A program made the position numbers and the translations under genes. Shown here piece by piece: positions 1 through 12,182 of a DNA stretch of 64,000 nt. Within the stretch, counting starts at the first letter, position 1, and each line of letters opens with the position of its first letter. The stretch comes from Mobula hypostoma. Its lineage: Eukaryota. The DNA lies in NCBI RefSeq assembly GCF_963921235.1, contig NC_086097.1, positions 61,816,001 through 61,880,000 of the forward strand, read 5' to 3'. Under the pieces are notes generated by a model. The model ran no database searches, had not been told where the DNA came from, and worked only from the letters and a program-made list of their open reading frames with translations.

Positions 1-280
1 AGGACGTCCTTTTAGAATTGAAATGTGAAGAAATTACTTTAGTCAGAGAGTAGTAAATCTGTGGAATTTGTTGCATGACCGGCTGTGGAGGCCAAGTCAT
101 TGGGTGTATTTAAGGCAGAGATAGACAGGTTCTTAATTAGCTAAGGCATCAAAGGTATGGGGTGAAAGCAGGGGAGTGGGGATTACTGGAAGAACTGGAT
201 CAGACCATGATTGAATGGCAGAGCAGACTCAATGAGCCGAATGGCCTAATCTGCTCCTATATCTTATGGTCTTATGGTCT
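1..280 (+). mobile_element. CR1 LINE 3' end fragment
   Basis: Encodes the CR1 ORF2 C-terminus (FSQRVVNLWNLL-like) followed by a 3' UTR and an (ggtcttat)n-type tail at ~262-280; similar to the 3' ends at 30632 and 61772. Confidence 0.9.
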
Positions 281-325
281 GATAGAACACAATTGAATAG
301 TATTTTTCCTCCCTATCCACACAAG

Positions 326-481
326 TTTATGACTGGGTGAGAGACCGTTCCTCTGAATCTTCTTCTGAGCGTAAGAACCTGACTTCAAGAGAAGAGGAAG
401 AACTTTGTGAGCTACAGTCTGATTGCCAGATAAGATTTATTGACGTATCCTGGACAAGTTCTGGATTTTTGTGGGAGAAGG
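326..481 (+). CDS. Candidate internal host exon, unidentified protein (YDWVRDRSSESSSERKNLTSREEEELCELQSDCQIRFIDVSWTSSGFLWEK)
   Basis: Pyrimidine tract plus AAG acceptor (301-325), G|GTATGC donor at 482, 156 bp symmetric phase 1-1, open frame, non-repetitive. The antisense frame is also open, so it is ambiguous. Confidence 0.3.
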
Positions 482-1584
482 GTATGCTGCCATTCATAGG
501 AAAACAATGAACATTTTGCTGCAGTTTTCTACTTCTTATATGTGTGAGCAAGCTTTTTCTTGGTTACCAAGCATCAAGAGCAAGGACAGAAATTGACTAA
601 TTTCAGATGAAGGTGAAATCCGTGTGTGTTTGTTATGTTTGCCTTTTGAGTTTTTAAAATTTATGTAAGGGAAAGAAAGATTAATTTCATGAAAAGTAAG
701 CTAAGCTTAACTACCTGTTTCTTTTCAAGAAAGGTTGGCTAAAAAATTCATTCTTTACTTAAAAAAGCACTGACAATTATTTTTGGATTAATATATCTAC
801 AACTTACTGATCACACTGATGTACTGTGAACTGTAGGCAAAATTAATTGTTACGCAGGGGTTCCCTGAAACCTAGATATTACTTCAGGAGTTACTCCAGG
901 GCAAAAAGGTTGAGAAAGGCTGCTCTAGGGTACAAGTATATAGTATGAGTGTAAAATTATAAAAAGTTGACTTCAGCTGTGGTGATCATGAACTGAACAG
1001 ACTACTTAAAAACCCTTTCCAAGATTATCCTCCGAGGAATGAAATCTGTCATCCATATTTTACAATACCAGCCCCACCAGTGTAGTCAATTTTCAATTGT
1101 TCTTTTAAATGGTCCAACAAGCCACACTGTTTAGGGACAATTAGGGGCATAGCAACATTTTTATTCTTTTACTTACATGAGCCCATCACCTCCACTGGAG
1201 AAAAGGCCATCAAAATCAGCTCACCAATGTCCTCTCTTCTGGATCAGTATTTCACTTCTCTCTCAGGGATGAAGTCTTCGGAGTCCCTGTTGGTGTTTCT
1301 GTAGCCTGGGTTCTTACAGGATGGGGTTGCTAGCCCATGCCAAACCCTCCTGCTTTTGCATCTAGGCTGGGACCATTCATGGTGGAGTTCAACATCTTTA
1401 TCCTATTAACAAATGAAAGAAATAAACAAACTTATAAGGTCTAAAGTCATCCTTTACCTGTGTAGGATTAACTTAATCTCTTGTTAAGTTTAGTTTTGCT
1501 ATAATTAATGTGATAAATGGTGAAGTGTCAACATTTATCTATTTATCACATTAATTATATTATACCATTTTATACCATTTATCA

Positions 1585-4500
1585 GACAAGTGGGTAACAG
1601 TCAGGAGAGGGAAGGGGAAGAGTCAGGTACTAGAGAGTACCCGACTTGTTTGAGTACTGCTTGGGAGGACAGCCTACCTGGGGGAAGCAACAGTGGCCGT
1701 GCCTCTGGCACAGAGTCTGGCCCTGTGGCTCAGAAGGGTAAGGAAAGGAAGAGAAAGGCAGTAGTGATAGGGGACTCTTTAGTTAGGAGGTGATTCTGTG
1801 GACACAGGAAGGAAACTCGGATGGTAGTTTGCCTCCCATTTGCCAGGGTCCGGGATGTTTCAGATCATGTCCACGATATCCTGCTGTGAGAGGGAGAACA
1901 GCCAGAGGTTGGGGTACATGTTGGTACCAATAACATAGGTAGGAAAAAGGAAGAGGTCCTGAAAACAGACTACAGGGTGTTAGGAAGGAAGTTGAGAAGC
2001 AGGACTGCAAAGGTAGTAATCTCGGGATTACTGCCTATGCCACATGACAGTGAATATAGGAATAGAATGAGGTGGAGGATAAATGCGTGGCTGAGGGATT
2101 GAAGCAGGGGGCAGGGATTCAGATTTCTGGATCATTGGATCTCTTTTGGGCCAGGTGTGAGACAGATTGCACTTGAATCCCAGGGGTCCAATATCCTGGC
2201 GGAGAGGTTTGCTAAGGCTACTCGGGAGAGTTTAAACTAGAATTGTAGGGGACTGGGAACCAAAATGAAGAGACTGGGGAAGAAGCAGTTGGCTCACAAA
2301 TAGAGAAAGCTTGGAGACAGTGTGTGAGGGAGGATAGGCAGGTGATAGAGAAGGGATGCACTCAGACTGATGGTTTGAGATGTATCTATTTTAACGCAAG
2401 GAGTATTGTGAACAAAGCGGATGAACTTAGAGCATGGATCAGTACTTAGAGCGATGATCTGGTGGCCATTACAGAAACTTGGATGGCTCAGGGACAGGAA
2501 TAGTTACTTCAAGTGCTGGGTTTTAGATGTTTCAGAAAGGACAGGGAGGAAGGCAAAAGAAGTGGAGGTGTGGCACTGTTGATCAGAGATAGTGTCTCGG
2601 CTGCAGGAAAGGTGGGTGTCATTGTCTACGGAGTCTCTGTGGGTGGAGGTTAGGCACAGGAAGGGGTCATTAACTGTACTGGGTGTTTTTTACAGGCCGC
2701 CCAATAGTAACAGGGAATTGAGGAGCAGATAGGGAAATAGATCCTGGAAAGGTGTAATAATAACAGATTTGTCGTGGTGGGAGATTTAAATTTCCCAAAT
2801 ATCGATTGGCATCTCCCTAGAGCAAGGGGTTTAGGTGGGGTGGAGTTTGTTAGGTGTGTTCAGGAAGGTTTCTTGACACAATATGTAGATAAGCCTATAA
2901 GAGGAGAGACTGTGCTTGATTTGGTACTGGGAAATGAACCTGGTCAGGTATCAGATCTCTCAGTGGGAGAGCATTTTGGAGATAGTGATCATAATTCTAT
3001 CTCCTTTACAATAGCAATGGAGAGAGATAGGAACAAACAAGTTAGAAAAGCATTTAATTAGAGTAAGGGGAATTATGAGGCTATCAGGCAGGAACTTGGA
3101 AGCTTAAACTGGGAACTGATGTTCTCAGGGAAAGGTACAGAAGAAATGTGGCAAATGTTCAGTGGATACTCGTGTGGAGTTCCGCATAAGTATGTTCTAA
3201 TGAGACAGGGAAGTTATGGTAGGATACAGGAACCATGGTGTACAAAGTCTGTAGTAAATCTAGTCAAGAAGAAAAGAGAAACTTACAAAAGGTTCAGAGA
3301 GCTAGGTAATGTTAGAGATCTAGAAGATTATAAGGCTAGCAGGAAAGAGCTTAAGAAGGAAATTAGGAGAGTCAGAAGGGGCCATGAGAAGGCCTTGGTG
3401 GACAGGATTAAGGAAAACTCCAAGGCATTCTACAAGTATGTGAAGAGCTAGAGGATAAGATGTGAAAGAATAGGACCTATCAAGTGTGACAGTGGGAAAG
3501 TGTGTTTGGAACTAGAGGAAATAGAAGGGGTACTTAATGAATACTTTACTACAGTATTCACTATGGAAAAGGATCTTGGTGATTGTAGTGATGACTTGCA
3601 GCAGACTGAAAAACTTGAGCATGTAGATATTAAGAAAGAGGATGTGCTGGAGCTTTTTGAAAGCATCAAGTTGGATAAGTCGCCGGGACTGGATGAGATG
3701 TACCCCAGGCCACTGTGGGAGATGAGGGAGGAGATTGCTGAGCCTCTAGCGACGATCTTTGCATCATCAATGGGGAAGAGAGGGGTTCTGGAGGATTGGA
3801 GGGTTGCAGGTGTTGTTCCCTTATTCAAGAAAGGGAGTAGAGATAGCTCAGGAAATTATACACCGGTGAGTCTTATTTCAGTGGTTGTTAAGTTGATAGA
3901 GATGATCCTGAGAGGCAGGATTTATGAACATTTGGAGAGGTATAATATGATTAGGAATAGTCAGCATGGCTTTGTCAAGGGCAGGTCGTGCCTTACAAGC
4001 CTGATAGAATTTTTTGAGGATGTGACTAAACACACTGATGAAGGAAGAGATTTAGATGTAGTGTATATTGATTTCAGCAAGGCATTTGATAAGGTACCCC
4101 ATGCCGGGTTTTTTGAGAAAGGAAGGAGGCATGGGATCCAAGGGGACATTGCTTTGTGGATCCAGAACTGGCTTGCAGACAGAAGGTGAAGTGTGGTTGT
4201 AGACGGCTCATATTCTGCATGGAGGTCAGTGACCAGTGGTGTGCCTCAGGGATATTTTGTGGGACCCTTATTCTTTGTGATTTTTATAAATGACCTGGAT
4301 GAAAAAGTGGAGGGATGGGTTTGTAAGTTTGCTGATAACACAAAGGTTGGGGGTGTTGTGGGTAGTGTGGAGGGCTGTCAGAGGTTACAGCAGGACATTG
4401 ATAGGATGCAAAACTGGGCTGAGAAGTGGCAGATGGTGTTCAACCCAGATAAGTGTGAGGTGGTTCATTTTGGTTTGTCAAATATGACTGCAGAATGTAG

Positions 4501-5242
4501 TATTAATGGTAAGACTCTTGGCAGTGTGGAGAATTAGAGGGATCTTGGGGTCTGAATCCACAAGACGCCAAAGCAGCTGCGCAGGTTGACTCTGTGGTTA
4601 AGAAATCATATGGTGTATTGCCCTTCATTAATCGTGGAATTGAATTTCGGAGCCAAGAGGTAATGTTGCAGCTATATAGGATCCTGCTCAGACCCCACTT
4701 GGAGTACTGTGCTCAGTTCTGATCACCTCACTACAGGAAGGATGTGGAAACCATAGAAAGGGTGCAGAGGAGATTTACAAGGATGTTGCCTGGATTGGGG
4801 AGCATGCATTATGAAAACAGGTTGAGTGAACTCAGGCATTTCTCCTTGGAGCGATGGAGGATGAGAAGTGACCTGATAGAGGTATATAAAATGGTGAGAG
4901 TCCTTGATTGTGTGGATAGTCAGAGGCTTTTTCCCAGGGCTGAAACGGCTGCCACAAAAGGGCACAGGTATAAAGTGCTTGGAAGTTGGTACAGAGGAGA
5001 TGTCGGGGTAAGTTTTCTACGCAGAGAGTGGTGAGTGTGTGGAATGGGCTGCCGGCGGCGGTGGTGGAGGGGGAAAAGATAAGATCTTTTAAGACACTCC
5101 TGGATGGGTACATGGAGCTTAGAAAAATAGAGGGCTATGGGTAAAGCCTAGGTAGCTCTGAGGTAGGGACATGTTCGGCACAGCTTTGTGGGCTGAAGGG
5201 CCTGTATTGTGCAGAATGTTTTCTATGTTTCTATGTTTCTAT
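1585..5242 (+). mobile_element. Near full-length decayed CR1 LINE (ORF1 SGNH esterase, ORF2 APE-RT)
   Basis: ORF1 motif AVVIGDSLVR; APE motifs GDLNFP and SDHN; RT motifs DFSKAFDKV, GVPQG and KFADNTK; many stops and frameshifts; (atgtttct)n tail ending ~5242. Confidence 0.95.
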
Positions 5243-5599
5243 TCCTGACACAGACCAAAATATAAATTTTCTATATTTTGACAAACATTCAAACAAGAAG
5301 TGAGTTCATTTTTACTCTTCACATTGTTCATATTTTAGGGCAAGCCTTGTAGGCTACAGTGGAACCAAATTCAAATTTGATAAAAAGTTGCATTAAGATA
5401 GTGAGCTAATCCGTGCCTACACTGAGTGATAGTTCCCAAGAGAACCTCTGGCATTCAACTACTCCCAATAAGTCTCAGGCAAAAGTTATCACTCTACAAC
5501 CTGTTGAGCATAGAAGCCAGTGCTTGTTCACTGTTCTCTGTGAAGATATGGTGAAGTTTAATCTTGTTGAAAATCTCCAATATTATTCTGGAGAATCCA

Positions 5600-6215
5600 C
5601 ACCTCTTCAAATCACCTCAAGACTCCATCCTCTCTCTTTGAGAAATTAGGTTGATAGTCTTCAATCTGCTGGCAGTATCTACATCAATTTCCCTAACTTC
5701 TAGAAACCATTCCCCATTCATCTCCAACCATCCCCCCCCCTTGTTTTCGATTACTTCCATTATTTTATTACCCCATCCTTTTTTTTCTCCTCCTCTTCCC
5801 CAGCTGTCACCCCATCTCCAACCCCACCCCATGACCTGCCCATTACCTCCATGTTCCTCCCTCTGCTTCCCCACCCTTTTTCCTTTATTCTTTGGTGCTC
5901 TGTCGTCTCCTATCGGATTCCATCTTGTTCAGCCATTTAGCTCTTCCGCCTATTATCTTACAGCTTTTTGCATCATTCCCACCACCGTCCCCCACCCACT
6001 TATCTTTTTCACACTTACATGGTTTATCTATCTCTTGCTATCTTGTGCTTCTGCCCTTCCCCCAGTCTTTTATTTGGGTGTCTTCCCTCTTTCGTTCTAA
6101 TGCTGATGAAGGACATTGGCCCAAAGCTGTTCACTTTCCTCCATCAGCGATGCCTGACCTCCTGAGTTCCTCTAGCATTTGTGTGTTTCTCCAGATTTTC
6201 AGCATCTGCAATCTT
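5600..6215 (+). mobile_element. Penelope-like element 3' fragment (GIY-YIG end, pyrimidine-rich UTR, terminal repeat)
   Basis: Same architecture as 6495-6955 in the opposite orientation; degenerate hammerhead-like CTGATGA at 6103. Confidence 0.65.
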
Positions 6216-6494
6216 TCTTGTATTTCCATCTCGTTGTTTATTTCACAGTTTATAGTTTCAATATGTTTTTGGCAGTTAACATATTCTACTTTGAGTTCAG
6301 CAATGAAGCGAAATGGAAAATTAGCTTTCCCTCTGCCCCCAGCTGTCATCAACACAAACTTTCAGCATGTGTTTTGAAACCTGTGCCACAGCCATCAGGA
6401 TTCAGCCCAATGTGTTTGCCAAGAGGCTTACAAGTAATAGGCAGTGGCTGATTTGATTGCCTCAGCTGGTCAGAAGTCTATATTTAAATACAAG

Positions 6495-6955
6495 AGCAAT
6501 GCACACAACATGCTGGACGAACTCAGCAGGTCAGGCAGCATCTCTGGAAATGAATAAACAACTGACGTTTCAGGTTGAGAATCTTCATCAGGACTGGAAA
6601 GGAAGGGGGAAGGAGCCAGAATAAGAAGTTGAGGGAAGGGGAAGGAGTACAAGCTGAAAGATAATAGGTGAAGAGGAAAGAGGAGTTGGGGAAGGGGGAG
6701 TTGGTAGGTAAAAAAGACAAAGGGCTGGAGAAGAAGGAATCTGATAGGAGAGGAGATCCGATCGTGGGGAAAAAGGAAGGAGGAGGAGCACCAGTGGCAG
6801 GTGAGGAGAAGAGAAGGGGTAAGAGGGGAGCCATAGTGGGAAATTGAGGAAGAAAGAAGGGGGAATAGTAAAAACTACTGGAAGTTAGAGCAATTGATGT
6901 TTGTGCCATCAATTTGGAGACTACCCAGGAGCTATATAGGTGCTGCTCCTGCAAC
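6495..6955 (-). mobile_element. Penelope-like element 3' fragment
   Basis: Minus strand LQEQHL..GSLQ..NF resembles the PLE GIY-YIG C-terminus; terminal repeat contains CTGATGA...GAAACGTC (6564-6591). Confidence 0.75.
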
Positions 6956-6959
6956 ATGA

Positions 6960-7443
6960 GAACAGATCCGGTCAGTTCCCTTTCACCATCACCCTCCTCT
7001 GTCTGGCAGAACTGGTCCTCACACTAAGCAATTTCTCTTTTGGTTCCTCCCACTTCTTCCATACTCAAGGTGTAGCCATAGTCACCCACGTAGGCCCAAG
7101 CTATGCCTGCCTTTTCGTTGTCTACGTGGAACAGTCCATGTTCCAAACCTCTGTGGTGGTGCTGCTCAACTCTTCCTCCACTACATTGACAACCGCATTG
7201 ATGCTGCTTCATGCACCCTTGCTGAGCTCGTCAATTTCATCAAAATTACCTCTAAACTACCACCCTGTCCTTAAATCAACTTAGTCCACTTTTGACACCT
7301 CTCCCCTTTCTCGATCTCTCTGTCTCCATCTCTAGAAACAAACTGTCTCCTGATATCTTTTATAAACCCATTGACTCCCATGGTTGTTTAGACTATACTT
7401 CTTCCTACCCTGTTACCAATAAAAATGCCATTCCCCTTTCACA
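6960..7443 (+). mobile_element. Penelope-like RT fragment, inverted relative to the adjacent 3' fragment
   Basis: LAELVLTLSNFSF..QGVAIVTHVGPSYACLFV matches the PLE RT B' motif (G.AMG...PSYA.LF); decayed YIDD region follows. Confidence 0.8.
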
Positions 7444-7852
7444 GTGCTTAATTTCTTAATGCCTGCAAAATTGGCTCCACAATACAGTAATATAATCATT
7501 TTGTCCCCAGTTTTAAACCAACAGGTTCTGTTTGTAATGATGGAAGTGCAAGATGATCCACAACATTAATCATTGAGTTCACAAAGAATTACAAGAACAA
7601 TTACCTATAAAAGCCCACATAATCAATACACCAAGGAAAAACAATTCACCATTTGTTTTCTTTGCACTGCAATTTCCTTTGATGTAATCAACTCTGAAGA
7701 GAACAGAGAGTTAGGAAAGTATTTCCACATCTATTCTTTCATGGGTTATTTAACATTCATTACTTCAAAAGCTTCATGCTGGGAGATTAAGGAAAGTTTA
7801 TGTGGCTTGAGGGCACTTCATTTTACATATATATCTATCGTTAGAAAGGATA

Positions 7853-8321
7853 CACTTAGTGGCCACTTTATTGGGTGCACCTGTACACCTGCTCGTTGTT
7901 ATTCAGACCAAATATCAGAATAAGGAAGAAATGAGATCTAAATCAAATCTTTAACCGTGGAATGATTGTTGGTGCCAGAAAGGGTGTTTTGAGTGTTGTC
8001 AAAAACTGCTGGTCTCCTGGAATTTTCAGATACAATAGTCTCTTTACAGAGAATGGCAAGAGAAACAAAAAGTATCCAGTGGGCAGCAGTTCTGTGGGGA
8101 AAACACCTTGTTAATGAAAGGGATCAGAGGAGGATGACCAGCCTGGTTCAAGGTGACAGTTACTCAGATAACGACACCTTACAACAGTGGAGTGCAGGAT
8201 AGCATCTTTGAAAGGATAAATCAAACCTTGAATGGATGGGCGACAGCAGCAGAAGACCACGCACATACACTCTGGCCACTTTATTAGGTGCAGGATATAC
8301 CTAATAAAGTGGCATGGAGTG
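7853..8321 (+). mobile_element. Non-autonomous Tc1-family DNA transposon
   Basis: Imperfect TIRs cacttagtggccactttattgggt / acctaataaagtggcatggagtg, TA on both sides, internal decayed Tc1 N-terminal HTH (GMIVGARR..SKTAGLLEFS). Confidence 0.8.
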
Positions 8322-8514
8322 TATATTAATTAATGTCACATGATATGATTTGCCCAGTGAGGGTGAACAGTTGATATGATTGAAGTTCTGATTGCCCTAA
8401 CTGCTGCATCTCTAGGATATGTGAAAACTTACATAAAAATGTGGGTAATTTTGGATGCACAAAGCTCACAGTAATTGGATAAGTAGTCATTTACAGAAAG
8501 AAGACATCTCAAAC

Positions 8515-8830
8515 TGGCACAACAGTGCTGCTGCCCCTTGGCTTCAGGAACCTGGTTTGATCCTGACCTCGGGTACTGTCTGTGGGAAAATGACTTCTCT
8601 CCAAGGACACTGGTTTTCTTCCACATACCAAATGTTTCTAGTAGTTCAATTGACAACTGAATATTAATTGTTAGAAAAGGTTAGTGGCTAAAAAAATTGA
8701 GACAGTGATAGGGATGTAGAAGTGAGATTAAGTTACAGGGATACAGAGAAATCAGGAGAAAGGAAAATATACTTATGGTATTGTACTGCTGGGAACATCA
8801 GGGAGCCCATGGGCTGTATAGCTTCTTTCT
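8515..8830 (+). mobile_element. Degenerate V-SINE-like tRNA SINE
   Basis: B-box-like ggtttgatcctgacctcggg followed by a V-domain-like tgtctgtg...ttcttccacat. Confidence 0.5.
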
Positions 8831-9927
8831 GTATCATTATAAGCATTAAAAAGTGAAAACCCCAACTACCTGATCCCACCTGGCAGAAATGACTTTATAT
8901 TTCAGGTTTAGATCAGATTGGATTGTGTCATGCTGGACCAGCTTAATATTTCCTCCAGAAAGGTTTGACTTGTTGTGAAGGCTGTTAGACAGTCAACCAG
9001 AGACCAGGCAGGGACTTGACTCTGGAAGGTAGGGTGAATTCTTAGATGGTGGTTTCACATCCAGCTTTGAGCCACCAATAGGGGGAGATACTGAACAGGA
9101 AATGGTTGGAAAGTGTGCTTCCAGGCATTGGCACCTTGTTTAGCTGGGTGTAATGATCAGGCAATGACATCTGCCATGCGGAGTGCAGGAAGGTTTCACT
9201 CAGACTTGGAGTGCTTTCTTCAGGTGTAGCCAGGCAAATTCTAGAGAAGTAGTGAACTTCAAATTTCTGTGGGCTTGCTTTCCTGAGAACAGTTCAATAA
9301 AACACCAATTATAATCATAATTAAAACATCACTTTATCCTTGTTTTAATTATTAAATATCTTTTGACCTCTATGCATTTTTTAATGCTAATTGTAACTCA
9401 ATTATGCAGAGCCTTGACTCTAAATTCTTCACCTCAGATTGGTTTAAGGATTAAGGCAGACGTTTGAATCCAGTCTATAAATAAGTATGGCTCTCAAGTC
9501 TAAAATGGTGTCAGTGCCTGGGAATAATATTCTGCAAATGCTTCAGGTCAGGAAAGAATAAAAATATAGGGGCTTGGTTTGAGTTCAGATATAGAACAGG
9601 TTTTAATCTTATATGCAAACACATCTCTGCCTTGAAGCTTCTTGAGTCTATTACCTATTCTACTGATGTATAATTCTGTTTTGCTTGTAACTAACTAGAA
9701 ATGGCTAAATAAGCATATATTGACAATTGATAAATGTAGTCTCTCAACAAACTTCAGTATTTTGATTTTGTTCTTAATGATCCATGGATTGATTTTGCTT
9801 TAAAATAATTTCTACTTTATAAATTTGTTAAGTCTTTAGTACTGTGAATGTTACAAACATTAAGCCATTTACTTCTTATGTTTTGGATTTCTCTTCATGG
9901 TTTTATGTTTCTGGATTGGAAAATTGT

Positions 9928-10330
9928 CAGTGGCCACTTTATAAGGTTCAGGAGGTCCTCTATTGCTGTAGCCTATTCGCTTCAAGGTTTGACATGTTGT
10001 GCATTCAGAGATGCTCTTCTGCACACCACTGTTGTAATGTATAGTTATTTGAATTACTGTCACTTTCCTGTCTGCATGAACCAGTCTGGCCATTCTCCTC
10101 TGACTTCATTCTGTGAACTGCTGCTCACAGGATGTTTGTTTTTGTTTTTCACACCATTCTCTGTAAACTCTAGAGACTGTTGTGCGTAAAAATCCCAGGA
10201 GGTCAATGTTTCTGAGATGATCAAATCACACTGTTTGACACCAACAATCATTCCATGGTCAAAGTCACTTAGATCACGTTTCTTCCTCAATCTCACGTTT
10301 TGTCTGAACAACAAATGAACCCCTGAACCA
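9928..10330 (-). mobile_element. Second copy of the Tc1-derived element
   Basis: Reverse-complement similarity to 7853-8321; minus ORF DLSDFDHGMIVG; TIR-like cagtggccactttataagg. Confidence 0.8.
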
Positions 10331-10554
10331 CCCTTCCTACAAGTGATTGGTAGCAGCTGCAAGATGCCAGAAGACAAGTTCACTTAAATAAATGTTGTTG
10401 CTCACAGAAAATCAAAAAGGAGTTTAATTTTGAATTAACTATTCTACCTCTTACAAGAAGCGTATTTATATCATAGCTTTCACATTCATTTTGGAATTTC
10501 CTAAAGCCCTCTATAGCCAAGAAGTAATTTTGAAATGTATTCACTATTACAATA

Positions 10555-10845
10555 AACTGGAGTTCAACTTGACTTTGGATGCTGTCTGTGAGGAGTTTGT
10601 ATATCCTTCTTGTGACTGTGAAGGTTTCCTCTGGGTGTTCCAGTTTCCTCCATAGCTCAAAGGTGTACAGATTGATAGGTAAATTGTATTTTATAAATTG
10701 TTCCTAGTGTGTGGAGCAGTGGCAAAATCTGGTGTAATTGATGAGAATGTGGGGAGAATAAAAGAAACTGAGTTAATGTAAGTGGATTGTCGATGGTCAA
10801 CATTGGTTCAGTAGAGTTGAAGTCCAGTTTCCCTGCTGAATCTTA
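10555..10845 (+). mobile_element. Degenerate V-SINE-like tRNA SINE
   Basis: gagttcaacttgac..gctgtctgtgaggagtttgtatat...gtttcctctgggtgttccagtttcctc resembles the V-SINE central domain. Confidence 0.6.
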
Positions 10846-11959
10846 GAAAACTGACAAATGACAATAACAAGTACTGCATAATCTATCTTTGTTCCAGACC
10901 GTTGAGAAACATATTCTCTGCTTTGAAACAAAAACAGACAATAACAACAATATTCCGCCAACAATGCAACTTTGACCTGAAATACTACCTTAGTTTTTAT
11001 AATTTCACTGATGTCACCTGATCCAAAAACTGCTTTCTGCCTTCTCTTCTTTTATATTAGATTACTGATATCAGCAGGGTTTTTTTTATTGGTTTTTGTT
11101 CGCATCTTTGAAGAAGGGCTTGGAGATGTTTTCCATCAGTTGGGAGAGTGGACAGGGCTGCAATCATGTCTGAAGGAAAGCAACTTTGAAAGTATGGCAT
11201 TTCCTCATAGCGCCACAGAAACATCAGTCTATTGTGCTGCTCAAATCTCTGAGGGTGAGTTGATGCCAGAATCTAACTGAAAGACAAGAATATCACTAAG
11301 AGAGTCATAACTAGTAACTAAGAAGAAAAACAAGTTAAAGTGACATGAATTATATTAACAATTTCACTAAAGGTTCTAAATCTGAGCTCTGATTCAGATT
11401 TTTATCCTAAAGGACTGTTAATATTCTTTAAATTATTGAAAGACATCATTTGATTATGTACGTCGAATTAGCTAATACACAAAAGCAAATTTGTTTTTTT
11501 AACCATTAAAGAAGTTGTTAAAATGTAGTCTGTTTTAATAATTGAGGTAGTATTTTTAAACAGAAAATACGGAACTACTACATATTTTAATTGTAATTTT
11601 GAATGTAATTAATTAGTGCGTTAGGCTTTAGGTTATGATAGGAATGAATGAATATTGTATCTAAGACCTTAAAAATTAAGCTCATTCTTTCAATAAATAC
11701 ATTAATATATTGTAGTATCTCTGTTGGAACCATATTATGTTCCCAGTCAAGGAACCTGTGGTCGATTCACAGTTGTGCCTCTCATTGAATATCAATTCCT
11801 CAGATCAGAGAATTTCATTAAGTTTAGTCTGGGCCCTTTAGGTGCAGCGTTTAGTGGCAGTGAAATGATACATCTAAGTAAACAGAAAAAGTCGATATGT
11901 GTCTGTCCAATAAGAGAACAGTATCTATTGTTGTTTTGAAGATGTCCACAATTCAAGTA

Positions 11960-12182
11960 TCCAACCATGAATTGAAGGGCAAATTGTTATGGTGATTGGC
12001 AGCACAGGAAATAATATTTTCACAGAAAGTGGATAATAGCTAGAATGTAGATGCATCTTCATAAGATCAGAGAGTTGAGGGCTATGGGGACCAGGAAATG
12101 AGGCTGGGGCAGATCAATCATAATCATACTGAATGGTGAGACAGGCTTATGGTGACAAGTGATACGTCCTGTTCCTATATTT
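11960..12182 (+). mobile_element. Old CR1 3' end fragment
   Basis: ttttcacagaaagtgg..., gagggctatggg..., cctgttcctatat as in the other CR1 3' ends. Confidence 0.55.

Noticed and set aside
327..551. Minus-strand 74-aa Ser-rich ORF
   Set aside because: Non-ATG start, no good acceptor, and it is the antisense of the + strand exon candidate
5651..6957. Several 100-160 aa Pro/Leu/Phe/Ser-rich ORFs
   Set aside because: Low-complexity pyrimidine/purine-rich Penelope UTR read in spurious frames
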